This document shows, piece after piece, positions 9,497 to 20,521 of a DNA stretch of 64,000 nt. Each line of letters opens with the position of its first letter. Within the stretch, counting starts at the first letter, position 1. The stretch spans positions 1-64,000 of IMG/VR virus record IMGVR_UViG_3300028569_002824; one strand, written 5' to 3'. Both the position numbers and the translations under genes were made by a program. A model generated the notes under the pieces. The model did not search any database, was not told the DNA's origin, and saw only the letters and a list, made by a program, of their open reading frames with translations. The DNA is from a virus.

Positions 9497-10099
9497 TTAC
9501 ACCAAATGTCTAATAATAAAAGTTTGGATTGAAGCAAATAAGCTTGACGCAGAATAGCAACATTTTGACATTTTATGCCAAAACCAACGCCAACCAACAT
9601 ATCTTAATAAGCGCTTAACTCTATTCCAAAGTTTACTGTCTTCGATTCTTCTCTGCTCTTCCCACTCTTTGTGATAAACTGTTCTCGATTTTTGCTTCTC
9701 ACACTTGAGTAGTTCTATCCTATCTAACTTCCCGTAAATGAAATATGCGTTAAATTCAACCCAAAATTCCTCTTCATCTGTATAATCTACACCAGTATAA
9801 AAATTAACAACTCCGTGGTGATGAACTTCTTTATCGTATTCATTTTTAATTATTACTTCTTTGTATAGATCCCAAGGTCTTCGACCCTTTTGCTTTCTTT
9901 CTTCTTCTGTGTAATGAACATATTCTTGTTCCACAACATGCTCCAGCAAACGACCATCTTCTGAAATAGTGTAATGCAACAGGCAATTTTCGAGGTCTTT
10001 GGTCTGAAAACCGACTTCTTCCCATTTAATTGAAAGAGTTTTTAATTCTTCGTTTAACGGAAGCTCTTTTTTACATGTAATATCATCAAACATTCCCAT
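9497..10099 (-). CDS. Conserved phage hypothetical protein
   Basis: MGMFD...FQTKDLEN.L..Y.I..DGRL pattern. Confidence 0.65.
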   Translation of the reverse strand: MGMFDDITCKKELPLNEELKTLSIKWEEVGFQTKDLENCLLHYTISEDGRLLEHVVEQEYVHYTEEERKQKGRRPWDLYKEVIIKNEYDKEVHHHGVVNFYTGVDYTDEEEFWVEFNAYFIYGKLDRIELLKCEKQKSRTVYHKEWEEQRRIEDSKLWNRVKRLLRYVGWRWFWHKMSKCCYSASSLFASIQTFIIRHLV

Positions 10100-10104
10100 A
10101 ATTT

Positions 10105-11009
10105 TTATTTTTCTTTCTTAATTGTTTTTATCCACTGCTTAGAAAATTCATCTACAGCGCGAAACAAACTATCTTTTACGTTAGGCAAACCTAAGCCAAT
10201 TGACTTAATTTTGTCGATAGAAAGTATACAGTTGCTTCTACACACTCTGAAGTTAGCTTCTTCTGTTGATATAAAATTCCATTTTTTATTGTTCACACCT
10301 TTTGCTTTGAGCATATCGACTAAATCAAAATTATCAACAGAACCTTCGTTAACCACATTATAAGTTCCGTAATCAATTCTGTGCTTTTGTTCGATAAACT
10401 TTTTAATAAAAACCATCAAATCGTCAACACATGTAATCGAATTTTGCTTTGATACTAAATTGTCATATTTAACGAGTTTATATATGTAGTTTTTAGGCTC
10501 ATAAACACCGTTAAACGGAATTCTAATTCTAAATATATATCTCTCCATGTGAGCACTCAATCTCTCAAAGCAATCTTTTGTTTTTGAATAAAACGACGAG
10601 TTAAAACGATCTACACCAAAATTAGGAATATCTTGTTCTGTATAAATCCTGTCGTATCCAGTATACAGACAACCACTTGAAATGTGTATAATTGGCGTAC
10701 ACAAAGAATTGCATACCTTGGTTATGTACAGAGGCACTAATACATTATAGTTATAACAGTCTTCTTTATAATCTTCGCAACTATCAATATTAGGAGAGCC
10801 AGTAAATCCTGAGCAATTAATTACCCAATCAACTCTTCCGTGATAAGTGGAGTTATATTGTCTGATTTTTTGTTCTAACAATTCTGGATTAGTATAATCA
10901 ACATCTTTTTTAGAGAGATGATATACGTCAAAATTCTGCTGTTTTAAATATACAGCTAAATAATTTCCAATGTACCCTTTACCTAAGATTAAAACCGTAT
11001 TCATCTTCA
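10105..11009 (-). CDS. NAD-dependent nucleotide-sugar epimerase/reductase (RmlD-like); start probably near 11009/11003
   Basis: ILGKGYIG, INCSGFTG, HISSGC, YSKTK. Confidence 0.85.
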
Positions 11010-11354
11010 TTATTCTGAAATAAACCTCATTAACTCCATTGAATTCGACAAATACTCGCAATTAGACCAATCTCGACCTGAGACACTATCATCATAAGAG
11101 TCTTCCATTATCCCCAGTTGTTGTTTTATGCCAACTTTAAACTCCGTAGAGAGTTTTTGTTTAAAAACTCTTAATAATTCTAACGATTCTGTATCTGTCA
11201 GATGAAAGTGTAATTTGGACCCATCAAACTTAGATCCGTAATTAAATTCGACACTTATTTCAACCTCTGGACCACATTGATCAAAAATTTTGCCCGAAAC
11301 ATCAGAATAATATACGGATTCTTCACGCTCTGCTGGTTTGGTAATCTTTTTCAC
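11010..11354 (-). CDS. Hypothetical protein
   Basis: TTGATT-N16-TAATCT-N6-GTG upstream. Confidence 0.65.
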   Translation of the reverse strand: MKKITKPAEREESVYYSDVSGKIFDQCGPEVEISVEFNYGSKFDGSKLHFHLTDTESLELLRVFKQKLSTEFKVGIKQQLGIMEDSYDDSVSGRDWSNCEYLSNSMELMRFISE

Positions 11355-11404
11355 TAGCGCAGATTACAATATTTTATTTAAAAATCAACTTGTAGTGGCA
11401 TATA

Positions 11405-11800
11405 TTAAAAATCACTCCAACAAAAGATTACATTGTCGAAGCTAGATAATACTCTTACGAGATTGTGTCTAATAAGCCGTTCCCAGATTTTATATCTATT
11501 AGCTAAGCCACCACCGAGCTGTGAAATATAAAAGATTTTATCGGGACGTTTTTGTATTATTGTTTTTAATTTAGTTAACTCTTCAAAGAACACTCCTGAG
11601 TATTCCTCTGGCTTATAAAAAGATTCGTCTTTATTATCAGGAAACTTTTTCGTGATGAACCCAATAGAGTGAGGATGATCTCTCAATTTTGCTGCTCCAC
11701 CGTGTCCGCGTCTTTCTAAATTATCTCCAAAGACAAAATATGAATTTGGATTAGTATCCAAAAATTCCATCGTCATTACTCGTTGTTCGTACATAGCCAT
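11405..11800 (-). CDS. Conserved phage hypothetical protein
   Basis: NP..YFVFGDNL..RG.GGAA..R pattern. Confidence 0.65.
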   Translation of the reverse strand: MAMYEQRVMTMEFLDTNPNSYFVFGDNLERRGHGGAAKLRDHPHSIGFITKKFPDNKDESFYKPEEYSGVFFEELTKLKTIIQKRPDKIFYISQLGGGLANRYKIWERLIRHNLVRVLSSFDNVIFCWSDF

Positions 11801-11837
11801 TTGTTTTAATTATCAAATAACAATAAAAGTTTACAAC

Positions 11838-11868
11838 AAAAAAAAGCCCAGATTGCTCTGGGCTTTTT
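11838..11868 (-). terminator. Rho-independent terminator after the tail tube gene
   Basis: Stem agcccaga/tctgggct, GCAA loop on the minus strand, followed by a T run. Confidence 0.85.
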
Positions 11869-11893
11869 AATAATTTTATTGAATAGTATCGGA

Positions 11894-12535
11894 TTAAACG
11901 TTGCCTGGCTGTGGTGTCTTTTGTGTTCCGAGACTTGGAAGCGGAGCAGCAACTGTGATTCCTCTGATTTCTGCACTGCTGTTTGAACCGCCTTCAACTC
12001 TCCAATATTGATAGGCAATTGTGGCGTTGATTGTTGCTATGGCACCTGTGTCTTTGATGTCATACGGAGCGTCTGCTAAATTTTGAACGTACATACCCAC
12101 GAATGTGTAAATTCTAATAATTCTTCTGTCTCCATCCATTGGTCCTTTATTGAAAAGCCCCAACTTCATTATTGATGCTTTACTAGGTATGCCGTATTCA
12201 CCTGTTGAAGATTCGTCGTCAAACGTTTGTCTGAGAGCCTCTTCGAGTTGTCCGCGGAGTTGGTAATCAGCATCGCAACGGAAGACAATATTATATGCTG
12301 CTGATCCAGGATATGAGGTTGTTCCCGGAACGTTGAAGCTAAGTCCCATATATGGAACAGCAACGTTGTTGATTGTTTTACCTGGAAGTGAAGCGGTTTC
12401 AACGTATACTAATTGATCGTGACTCATGAAACTCGTATTGCCTATTTGCATGAGGCAAAATTGGAAGTTTCTGGCGAAATCTCTAGTGACTGCTACGTTG
12501 TAAAAGTCTTGTATGTTTCTTTTAGATTGTGACAT
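11894..12535 (-). CDS. Tail tube protein (T4 gp19-like)
   Basis: TASLPG..VPYMG..PG, IAYQYW; downstream of the sheath; TATAAATA upstream. Confidence 0.8.
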   Translation of the reverse strand: MSQSKRNIQDFYNVAVTRDFARNFQFCLMQIGNTSFMSHDQLVYVETASLPGKTINNVAVPYMGLSFNVPGTTSYPGSAAYNIVFRCDADYQLRGQLEEALRQTFDDESSTGEYGIPSKASIMKLGLFNKGPMDGDRRIIRIYTFVGMYVQNLADAPYDIKDTGAIATINATIAYQYWRVEGGSNSSAEIRGITVAAPLPSLGTQKTPQPGNV

Positions 12536-12570
12536 ATATTTTATTTATAGTTGATTGTTTAAATTGCGGG

Positions 12571-14733
12571 TTAGATTAACTCAGTGAATGCTTGTCCTGT
12601 TCTCGTAGCTATGAAGTTGACTAAGATGAACTCTGCTGTTCTGACAGGTTTGATATAAATATCAACTATTAGTTCGTTTTGGTCAATCGTGTCTGGAGTA
12701 TTGTTTCTCGAGTCCGCTACGATTAGATAATCATAAACGCCTTCCGAGTTTTTTGCATATTCAAATATTGGTGAAATTACTGAAACAAGTGCTGATCTCG
12801 TAAAGTCTGTATTTGGTTCAAACACATAGTATTTGACTGTTCTTTGAACTGCTCTTTCGAGGAATAAGAATAATCTACGAACGTTTAATCTATCAAACGC
12901 TGATGGTTTTTTCTGTAATGTTTTTTGTCCCATTACCACGTAACCATCGCCATTGAAGAATACTACAGGGTTTACGCCAATTTCGTATAGTCTATCTCTC
13001 TGTTTTTGATTTGGATTGAAAGCAAGATCAAGAGCCAAGAAAGTTCCTCTTGTTAGACCTGCTGGAGCTGCCCATGGATTTGCAACGGCGTCCGTGCGAG
13101 CAAAAATTGCTGCAGCGTAGCCTGAAAAAGGAGCCCAAAATTTTCTCTGTGAGTACATATCTACAATCTTCACCCAGTTGCCATACATCGTAGCGTAACT
13201 TGACTCTATAGATGCTTGCTTTCTTAGTGGAGTGTATATGTCTTCTGTGAATGTTTTTGTTTTAAGATCAATTGTCTTTGAATCTCTTCCATTAACGAAC
13301 GTTTGACGAAGCGGATCGATAATAGCAACACAGTCTTTTCTGATGTTTTGAGCAAAATTGACCAACATGGTTGCAACTTGATTCCAGTCTTCGTTTAAAT
13401 CATCTCCGGCTGGATCAGCAACGAATAGCTCATCATTGAAAGAGGCACCACCAGATTTTATTGTTGTTGCATTTATAGTAGAAAGACCGCCGTCAACGAC
13501 AACATCGACTGTAATATCATCTATAGCTTCTAACGTTCTGAACGCTCTATCAATCTTCAGTGGAACTGATCCTATTTTCTTGGTCTCTTCTGCTGAGCGT
13601 GTGTCAGGTGAAAATGTTCCTATTGGATATAATGATTTAGCTGCGTCTAATACAGTAATTCTTGCTGTAGGACTTGAAGAATCGAACGTAGACCAAACAA
13701 ACTCCTTTGAAACAGCTGGGTTAACAAAGAATTTAAATGTTGGAGATGAATTGTTGATAACGTCTTCGATAAACGCATTCGCAAGTTTTCCGCCGCTTTG
13801 GCTTGCTTGTTTTCTGTTGTAATCAAACGATCCGATGTATCTTTCGGTCGTTCCAACTGAGAGGTATACAGGATCTAGTGTTGAACGTCTGATCTTAAAC
13901 ATGCCAGCAGAGACGTGATCTCTAAATTCGTCTGATTCAAATCCAACAAATCCTACTTTTTCCAAAGATTCAGAAATTGATGAAACACCCTTTTGACTGT
14001 CATCAGAAGTTGCTGAAAGTGCAAAATCCAAGCGAGTGTCTGGAAGTAGACCTAAAACAGGAAGTCCGGTGCCTGGATCGTTACTTGTGATGGTATACAT
14101 TCTTTTGACGGATTCAAAATCTGGTGATGTAGAAGATAATACTGCAAGGTTATCAGTCAATCCAAAATAATATCCTTCAGACATCTCGTTGATAACTGAA
14201 TGGACATCGTTTAATACCATGAATCCTGCATCGAATGTTCTATCCCCTATTGTTCCGTTAGCTTGTGCAGCGCCTCCAGCGTTTGTGTCACCCCAGGAGA
14301 TGTTTCCTTTTTGGATTAATTCGTACTCATCGTCTGACAAATTGACAGCTAAAGGCACTCCAACAGACCATTCTGTATATGTTCCTAAATTTGGATCAGT
14401 TACAACAGCATCAGTCATTGGGTAGAAGAGTGCTGTGTGCACTGATGTGGTTTCACTGCCTTCTCCCTCACCGTATGGTAAACGTATTGTAGTTAACACA
14501 CCTGGTGAATTTAATACTTCCTTACATGTATAGTAGAAGTATCTTTCAGCAGCTGTTGTAGGAGTACCGTAAATTGATTCCAACTCTGAAGTTGATGTAA
14601 CCATGATTGGTTCACTTACGGGTCCTTGATTTGCATAGCCGGTAACAACAATAGTTGTGCCGGCTGGCATGTTAGCTCTTAATGATAAATCTTTTTCTGT
14701 GATTTGTACGCCTGGTGATTGAATGATTCTCAT
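12571..14733 (-). CDS. Contractile tail sheath protein (T4 gp18-like)
   Basis: SPGVQITEKDLS, PWAAPAGLTRG, GQKT..SAFDRLNVRRLFL, FEPN, IKPVRTAEFI. Confidence 0.95.
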   Translation of the reverse strand: MRIIQSPGVQITEKDLSLRANMPAGTTIVVTGYANQGPVSEPIMVTSTSELESIYGTPTTAAERYFYYTCKEVLNSPGVLTTIRLPYGEGEGSETTSVHTALFYPMTDAVVTDPNLGTYTEWSVGVPLAVNLSDDEYELIQKGNISWGDTNAGGAAQANGTIGDRTFDAGFMVLNDVHSVINEMSEGYYFGLTDNLAVLSSTSPDFESVKRMYTITSNDPGTGLPVLGLLPDTRLDFALSATSDDSQKGVSSISESLEKVGFVGFESDEFRDHVSAGMFKIRRSTLDPVYLSVGTTERYIGSFDYNRKQASQSGGKLANAFIEDVINNSSPTFKFFVNPAVSKEFVWSTFDSSSPTARITVLDAAKSLYPIGTFSPDTRSAEETKKIGSVPLKIDRAFRTLEAIDDITVDVVVDGGLSTINATTIKSGGASFNDELFVADPAGDDLNEDWNQVATMLVNFAQNIRKDCVAIIDPLRQTFVNGRDSKTIDLKTKTFTEDIYTPLRKQASIESSYATMYGNWVKIVDMYSQRKFWAPFSGYAAAIFARTDAVANPWAAPAGLTRGTFLALDLAFNPNQKQRDRLYEIGVNPVVFFNGDGYVVMGQKTLQKKPSAFDRLNVRRLFLFLERAVQRTVKYYVFEPNTDFTRSALVSVISPIFEYAKNSEGVYDYLIVADSRNNTPDTIDQNELIVDIYIKPVRTAEFILVNFIATRTGQAFTELI

Positions 14734-14785
14734 ATAAATTACTTATCTATTTCATTGATATTTTTTTTTTCTTGACTGCAAAAAA

Positions 14786-15376
14786 TTAAATTGTCGGACG
14801 CTTCATATCTAATTGACCAAATGAGAAATCAGCTGATGTTTCAGCTATTTCTCCGTCTCTATAAGAGTATGTAATTCCTTTTAATCCTGTAATAAACGCA
14901 TTATAATAATGAAATTCCATTGAAATTTGATTATATTCATTCATTGCTTGTATTACAAAATTTGTTTGGTATTCGGCGTTATTTCCTGATTCACGTTGGT
15001 CTTGACGTGTGGTTCCTAGTCTGTTTGCTTCATATGTACTAGTGCGAGGATCGTTTAAAATTGCAAGCCATTTCCACAGTACATAGTAATTTTTAAATCC
15101 GTTGTCTATAATAAAATTGACACTTAATGGTGCATAGTTTGGTCTCGAATATGACGAAAAGTTAGCGCTTTGTCCGCCGTATCTTACTTCGACTGCTGGA
15201 ACTGAAATGTCTGGCACGATTGCTCCGTGGACGGTCATTTGCAAAAAATCTACGTCTAATGCTGGATCTAATCTGCTCATCTTTCTCAAAGCTTGAGGTA
15301 AAGTCAGTATCAATATAAATTTATCTTTTGATGATAAATTTAGAGATGATTGCAGTTCAGGATTTGCGCAGTCCAT
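14786..15376 (-). CDS. Tail completion/tube-like protein (T4 gp3-like)
   Basis: YAPLSVNFIIDNGFKNYYVLWKWL; located between terminase and sheath. Confidence 0.6.
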   Translation of the reverse strand: MDCANPELQSSLNLSSKDKFILILTLPQALRKMSRLDPALDVDFLQMTVHGAIVPDISVPAVEVRYGGQSANFSSYSRPNYAPLSVNFIIDNGFKNYYVLWKWLAILNDPRTSTYEANRLGTTRQDQRESGNNAEYQTNFVIQAMNEYNQISMEFHYYNAFITGLKGITYSYRDGEIAETSADFSFGQLDMKRPTI

Positions 15377-15388
15377 AATAGAGTATTG

Positions 15389-17437
15389 TTACCGATTTGG
15401 TGTAAAAAACTGATATCCAGATTCTAACAGTTCATACACGTCTAACTTATACTTATCAAGATCGTCCAATTCTTTGTGTGAAACACCGAGTGCTGGAAAT
15501 GCAGTCGCTTCTGCTATTTTAAATTCGGTGATGTAATGATGTGCGTCTGTCAATTCCTTTAACAAAAACTTTTCATCAGAAATTTCCCAATATCCGTTGG
15601 ATTCTATCTTGAGCGGTCTTTGCTGATCATCTAAATCCACTATTGAAAAATATTCTTGACAAATTTCTGGAGTTAAAATAAAAAGTGCCCAAACTAATGC
15701 CATGATTCTATCATCAAAGAACATATCATTTTTCTTTCGAAATTTTCCGTTAGGAAAACGAACAAACGTTTCAAACTCTGAAATAGTAGCATCATCATTA
15801 ACTGACACTGTTTGTAGATGGTTTATCCAATATCTCATATTTTGAATGCCGTCAAATCTGATATTGGTATGTGACAATACTCCAATGTTTCTAGTTTTGT
15901 TGTACCGATCTTGTTCAGAAATTTTTGAATAAGACACGAGCTTTTCGTATTTATGTGCATGAAATAACGCGTCTATGAGTTGAGCTCCACAATTATTTCT
16001 TTCGATTAACATCGGAGGTGTTCCCCACGAATTAGCTAATACTAACAATTTGTTCGCAAACTGAAATGGTTCTATTTTAGCTGATCCAAATACAGCAACT
16101 TGCTTGATATTTTGAACATCTGTTACGTCTAAGACTTGAGCCACTGAAGAAGCTCTACCAATACCTTCTCCAACGTCAACTCCTATTACATACAAATGGC
16201 TCTTGTTTGGCACTTCATATACTTTGTAGTCGCCGTTTTCAGAAGTCCATATTGGTTCTGTTTTATTCTGTTTAAACGACTCTATAATTGATGCTCCAAC
16301 AGCAGATGAGGCTTCATCTAAAAAGGTATTATTGTATTCTTCTAAAAATTTATCTTCAGAGCCCAACAATTCAATCTGTGTGGCTTTCCAAGCTTCGTCT
16401 CTACCTGGAACATCCCACCAATCGATTCTTTCGTGCTTCCACTGTTTAAGTCTTCCTGTCTCTGCACCAGAATAAATATCGTAGAATTTATTGCCTATCC
16501 CATTCGGAGTACTGACTACAAGAATTTTAGAGTTTTTTCCAGAAGATACAGTGGGGATAACAGATGACCAAAAATCTTCAAGAAGATGGCTTTCTATATA
16601 AGCCGCCTCGTCCAATAAAACACAGTTAAGAGAATCACCTCTTATCGAAGTGGCGGTCGTGGTTGATACTATAATACAAGAATCATTACCCAACGTCATG
16701 CCAGTCTTTCCGTAATCCTTTACACCAGGTTTAATAAAATTTGGAAGTTGTTCGTATGCCATTCTTATTCTTTTGAATATATTAATAGCTGTTGTTTCTT
16801 TGTTGGCTACGATTGCTGCTCTGTAATCCGTATTAAAACACACCATCCACAACGAAAACACAGTAAGCATCGTAGATTTCCCAATCTGCCTTGAAGAACA
16901 CACTACTGCATGTCTCTCTCTAACAAATGTTCTTAATACTCTTTTTTGAGCTTCATAAAGAGAAATTTTTTCTTTACCTCTATCTAAACTAACAATGTAA
17001 AAATAATTTTCCGCAAAATAAGTGATGTCCGCTCTACATTTTCTTATTTCTTCTATCATGTCTGCAGTGAACTCGTATTGAGCTCCTGCCACAGGAACTG
17101 TTTTTGACCCCCTATAATAATATGAGGCGCTTATAGGCTCTTTGTTTATTATTTTGACGGAGTCAATGTTGAATCCTTCTTCAGTTAGTTTCCGGTCATC
17201 TAATAGAGAGTCGAGTGATGATTCTTGTGAAAGCGTGCCTTCCATCAAATCGAATTGATTTGATGGAAGCGAAACTGTTGATTGTATCTCAGTCAATACG
17301 CTCCGTTGAGTTTTTTTAGGTTGTTTTTTTGTTGTTCCTTTTGGTCTGCCTCTTTTTGGTTTGTTTTTTGAACCTTTTGGTCTTCCTTTACTAGGAGAAA
17401 TATGTTGAGTGTCGTTATCCATAACAACATTAATCAT
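15389..17437 (-). CDS. Terminase large subunit (T4 gp17-like) with an AT-hook-like N-terminal extension
   Basis: SSRQIGKS, VLLDEAA, STPNG, IGVDVGEG, IERNN, DDRIMA. Confidence 0.95.
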   Translation of the reverse strand: MINVVMDNDTQHISPSKGRPKGSKNKPKRGRPKGTTKKQPKKTQRSVLTEIQSTVSLPSNQFDLMEGTLSQESSLDSLLDDRKLTEEGFNIDSVKIINKEPISASYYYRGSKTVPVAGAQYEFTADMIEEIRKCRADITYFAENYFYIVSLDRGKEKISLYEAQKRVLRTFVRERHAVVCSSRQIGKSTMLTVFSLWMVCFNTDYRAAIVANKETTAINIFKRIRMAYEQLPNFIKPGVKDYGKTGMTLGNDSCIIVSTTTATSIRGDSLNCVLLDEAAYIESHLLEDFWSSVIPTVSSGKNSKILVVSTPNGIGNKFYDIYSGAETGRLKQWKHERIDWWDVPGRDEAWKATQIELLGSEDKFLEEYNNTFLDEASSAVGASIIESFKQNKTEPIWTSENGDYKVYEVPNKSHLYVIGVDVGEGIGRASSVAQVLDVTDVQNIKQVAVFGSAKIEPFQFANKLLVLANSWGTPPMLIERNNCGAQLIDALFHAHKYEKLVSYSKISEQDRYNKTRNIGVLSHTNIRFDGIQNMRYWINHLQTVSVNDDATISEFETFVRFPNGKFRKKNDMFFDDRIMALVWALFILTPEICQEYFSIVDLDDQQRPLKIESNGYWEISDEKFLLKELTDAHHYITEFKIAEATAFPALGVSHKELDDLDKYKLDVYELLESGYQFFTPNR

Positions 17438-17829
17438 GGTCTATTGCTAGCCAAATCAACAAACGTAGCTCTCAACAAGTCAACTAAAGCCGCCTCATCT
17501 TTTGGTGTAGGCATATTAATAACTACAACCTTTTCATTCTGAAGAGAATAACCAATCAACGCAAAACTACTCAAATATTCCTCAGCAATTAGTGCTAGGT
17601 GACCCACCTCTTTAAAATTTCTCTTCCGATCTAATAAATCATCTTGCTTGTGTCTCGACAAGGCTTGTTCTATCAACTCTTTAGTCAACAAATCTTCCTT
17701 CAACGGTTTATTGTTAGGCTTGGTCTTTACTTTAGGTTTAATTAGATTGGATTTTGGCTTAGTGGCTACGTTGGCTTTTATTTCAGACTTATTCACTCTT
17801 GAGTCTTTGGATTTTTTTGAAAGCGACAT
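17434..17829 (-). CDS. Hypothetical protein with a basic N-terminus
   Basis: ATGA overlap with the terminase start. Confidence 0.6.
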   Translation of the reverse strand: MSLSKKSKDSRVNKSEIKANVATKPKSNLIKPKVKTKPNNKPLKEDLLTKELIEQALSRHKQDDLLDRKRNFKEVGHLALIAEEYLSSFALIGYSLQNEKVVVINMPTPKDEAALVDLLRATFVDLASNRP

Positions 17830-17841
17830 ATTAAAAAATAA

Positions 17842-18174
17842 TTAATTTTTATAAAGATAATCCAGATTAATTGGACTAGTTCCGATGATACCTAACTTAA
17901 TCAGTTGTTCTATAATAACTTCAAACGATGATGTTTGAATTTTAAGTCGAGTTGGAATGAATTGGTTTCCATCAAATAATTCAAAAAACGTTTCTCCTAT
18001 ATAAGGATCGTTAACATAGCATGTACAAAAAACCGAAGCTCCACCAGGATCAATTACAATAGTCCATGAGCGAGTATCTGATTCACTATAATCAGAAAAC
18101 AACTTATGTGCAATATATCCTGAATCTCTCAGCCTTTTTAAAATGTACCCAAGCGTCGTAAGTTTGTTTGCCAT
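17842..18174 (-). CDS. Hypothetical protein, first gene of the late packaging/tail operon
   Basis: TAAATA (18180-18185) 5 nt upstream. Confidence 0.65.
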   Translation of the reverse strand: MANKLTTLGYILKRLRDSGYIAHKLFSDYSESDTRSWTIVIDPGGASVFCTCYVNDPYIGETFFELFDGNQFIPTRLKIQTSSFEVIIEQLIKLGIIGTSPINLDYLYKN

Positions 18175-18223
18175 AAAGTTATTTACCTAACTGCGTAGGT
18201 AAATCTATAGCAACTTTTTGACT

Positions 18224-18940
18224 TTATTTCACTAATCCAAACGCAATATAGCTAACAGCTTCTGTTTTAAATTTATATACTTTTAATTTATGATTAACGC
18301 TTACCTCAATATCCTGATCAGCAAACGACATCAATAACATATTTTGAATGCTGATTGGTGCATCAATAGTTGGAGGCAACCCCGAAAATCCCGTAGAAGC
18401 CACCATGGTCATTTGATTTGTATTAGCTTTCTGTTCATCACCAATTTTAATTGATACCGCACCATCTTTTGCGAAAAAATATAATTTTTCTGAATCAGGA
18501 AGAATTGAATGGAATTTAGATATTTCCGAAAAAACTTTTTTTGAAATAGTGAAAGTAGTATCAAACTCAAGTTTGTTTATCTTGTCTTCACTGAGAGATT
18601 TTTTATTAATAACATAAGACTCGTCCAACAAATGATATTTAAAAGTAATGTCCTTTCCAACATATTCAATATAGTTGTCGTGAATATTTAGCGTTAGAGT
18701 ATCTTCAGTTATTCCAGAAAACAATCTTAAAAAAGTTTTACAATCAGGAATTACACATTTGACACTACAATCAGTAGTGCAAGGCAATCTGACAAGTAAA
18801 ACAAGAGAGTTGTCTGAAGACGTCACGATTGTTTTGAGACAACTCGTTCCATCAAACGTAATACATACGTTATCTGAAATTTTTGAAACAGGTCCCAACA
18901 AAGAGTCAATTAGATCACTCTTGGAAATAGTTAATGTCAT
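18224..18940 (-). CDS. Sliding clamp (T4 gp45/PCNA-like)
   Basis: 238 aa with two-domain clamp-like periodicity; replication-gene context. Confidence 0.6.
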   Translation of the reverse strand: MTLTISKSDLIDSLLGPVSKISDNVCITFDGTSCLKTIVTSSDNSLVLLVRLPCTTDCSVKCVIPDCKTFLRLFSGITEDTLTLNIHDNYIEYVGKDITFKYHLLDESYVINKKSLSEDKINKLEFDTTFTISKKVFSEISKFHSILPDSEKLYFFAKDGAVSIKIGDEQKANTNQMTMVASTGFSGLPPTIDAPISIQNMLLMSFADQDIEVSVNHKLKVYKFKTEAVSYIAFGLVK

Positions 18941-19365
18941 TTAGAAAATAAATTTCTCTTACGGCTTGTAGCAGGTTCGTTACTACAAATGTTGTCTGCA
19001 ATGCGTTTTAAACTGTCACTTATTGACTTTAACATCTCAATTGTTCCTGTGTCAGTAAGCATGTTCGTTTGAACATGGTGATGAGTGTGAACTCCTCCTT
19101 GAGGCTCATCTGGACCTAGTGGTTGAGAGTAAGTGATGGGATGAGCTGCTTCTGCTTCCTTTTGAAGCATTTCTATCAATCGTCGCTCCTTGTCAGAAGT
19201 TGCCCCGGGCTTATTAGAGCCTTCCATAAGTATTTTTTTGGGATCAATTCTGGTGGCAGGCATTCCTTGTCCTTCACCCACCATTGTGGATTGATCTACT
19301 CTCAGTAACTCACTTCCAAATATTTTAGCCATCGTTGCAGCTGCCAGTTGCTCATTTGTAATCAT
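18937..19365 (-). CDS. Hypothetical protein
   Basis: TTGAAC-N16-TATAAT upstream. Confidence 0.6.
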   Translation of the reverse strand: MITNEQLAAATMAKIFGSELLRVDQSTMVGEGQGMPATRIDPKKILMEGSNKPGATSDKERRLIEMLQKEAEAAHPITYSQPLGPDEPQGGVHTHHHVQTNMLTDTGTIEMLKSISDSLKRIADNICSNEPATSRKRNLFSK

Positions 19366-19410
19366 ATATGGTTATTATAGCTGAGTTTAATTTAAGTTCA
19401 ACTAAAGTGT

Positions 19411-20433
19411 TTATTGCAACCCTCCAATAATACCTTTTCTTAATACAGCGGTTGCAGACCAAGGGTGTAACGATTCAATGTGATCTGTAACAATACTGAA
19501 GTCAAAAATCTTACCTGCAGCAAACATTTCATCCAATCCCTGATAAAACAACCGAATGGCATCCTCAGTAAACAAAAGATTTGATCCATTTAGTTCCGCA
19601 AAAGCTTGTTCGTCTCTGCGTTTGCATACAATAACAACCTCAGTCGGAACTTTCAATCTTGCCATTTCAACAATGTCTTCAATAAAGACTACATTATTAG
19701 GATCAAATTGCACAGTAATCTTTGCGATGGATCGTTGACTGTGACCATTTGCTGCTCTCCCTCTTCTAGTAACAGCGTCTTGAGATAATTCAAATGAACA
19801 AGGACAAGTAGAACTGTAAATATAATCAACAGTCAAAAAGAATTTATATTGTTCGCCATGCTTCTGGCCTTCCAATACGCAATCGTAAAAAATATATCCC
19901 TCAAGCTTTTCGTGACTCAATTTAACCCCATCTGCAATTTTGAATACCTGATCATCAGGAGCATCATTAGGAAGTTCTTTTCTTGTTCTTAAAGCTTTCT
20001 GAGTCCATGGATATTTAAACTTCATTTTGCAATAAATGTCTTTACAACCTTGCTTTAATTGCAATTCATCTAAAATGAGTTTCATTCCTTCTATTGATAC
20101 ATGATTAGCAATCTGTTCATGCATAACTAACGGAAACCTACTCAAGTTCAATCCTTTAACATCAGGGTTATCCAAAGATCCATACAACGATACTGATGTA
20201 GTAAGTCTCTCCATAGTTCCATCTCGTCTAATAAAGTTTACAGGAAGATCTACTCCAGAAACACCAACCTTATTAATTGGAACTCTAGCTCCAGGAATCA
20301 CAGGATTAATTTGAGGATCAGGAAGAGCTGTATCGTCTGGATAATAGTCTGCGTCATACACAAACTTTAAGTGAGGCATGTGTTTCGAATAGTCTGACAA
20401 CTTATTGGAGGTCGTAATTATGTTAATGGACAT
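19411..20433 (-). CDS. folE2: GTP cyclohydrolase IB (FolE2)
   Basis: INKVGVS, KGLNLSR, SSTCPCS, HSQRS, KRRDEQ, FTEDAIR, ESLH. Confidence 0.9.
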   Translation of the reverse strand: MSINIITTSNKLSDYSKHMPHLKFVYDADYYPDDTALPDPQINPVIPGARVPINKVGVSGVDLPVNFIRRDGTMERLTTSVSLYGSLDNPDVKGLNLSRFPLVMHEQIANHVSIEGMKLILDELQLKQGCKDIYCKMKFKYPWTQKALRTRKELPNDAPDDQVFKIADGVKLSHEKLEGYIFYDCVLEGQKHGEQYKFFLTVDYIYSSTCPCSFELSQDAVTRRGRAANGHSQRSIAKITVQFDPNNVVFIEDIVEMARLKVPTEVVIVCKRRDEQAFAELNGSNLLFTEDAIRLFYQGLDEMFAAGKIFDFSIVTDHIESLHPWSATAVLRKGIIGGLQ

Positions 20434-20482
20434 AGCGTATATGTTACTATGTTTTGATGGGTTGTCAACTCGAAATGGAAAT

Positions 20483-20521
20483 AAAAAAATGCCTCGACCA
20501 CTATTTGTGGTCGAGGCATTT
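20483..20521 (-). terminator. Strong Rho-independent terminator after groEL
   Basis: Perfect stem aaatgcctcgaccac/gtggtcgaggcattt with a T run on the minus strand. Confidence 0.9.
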
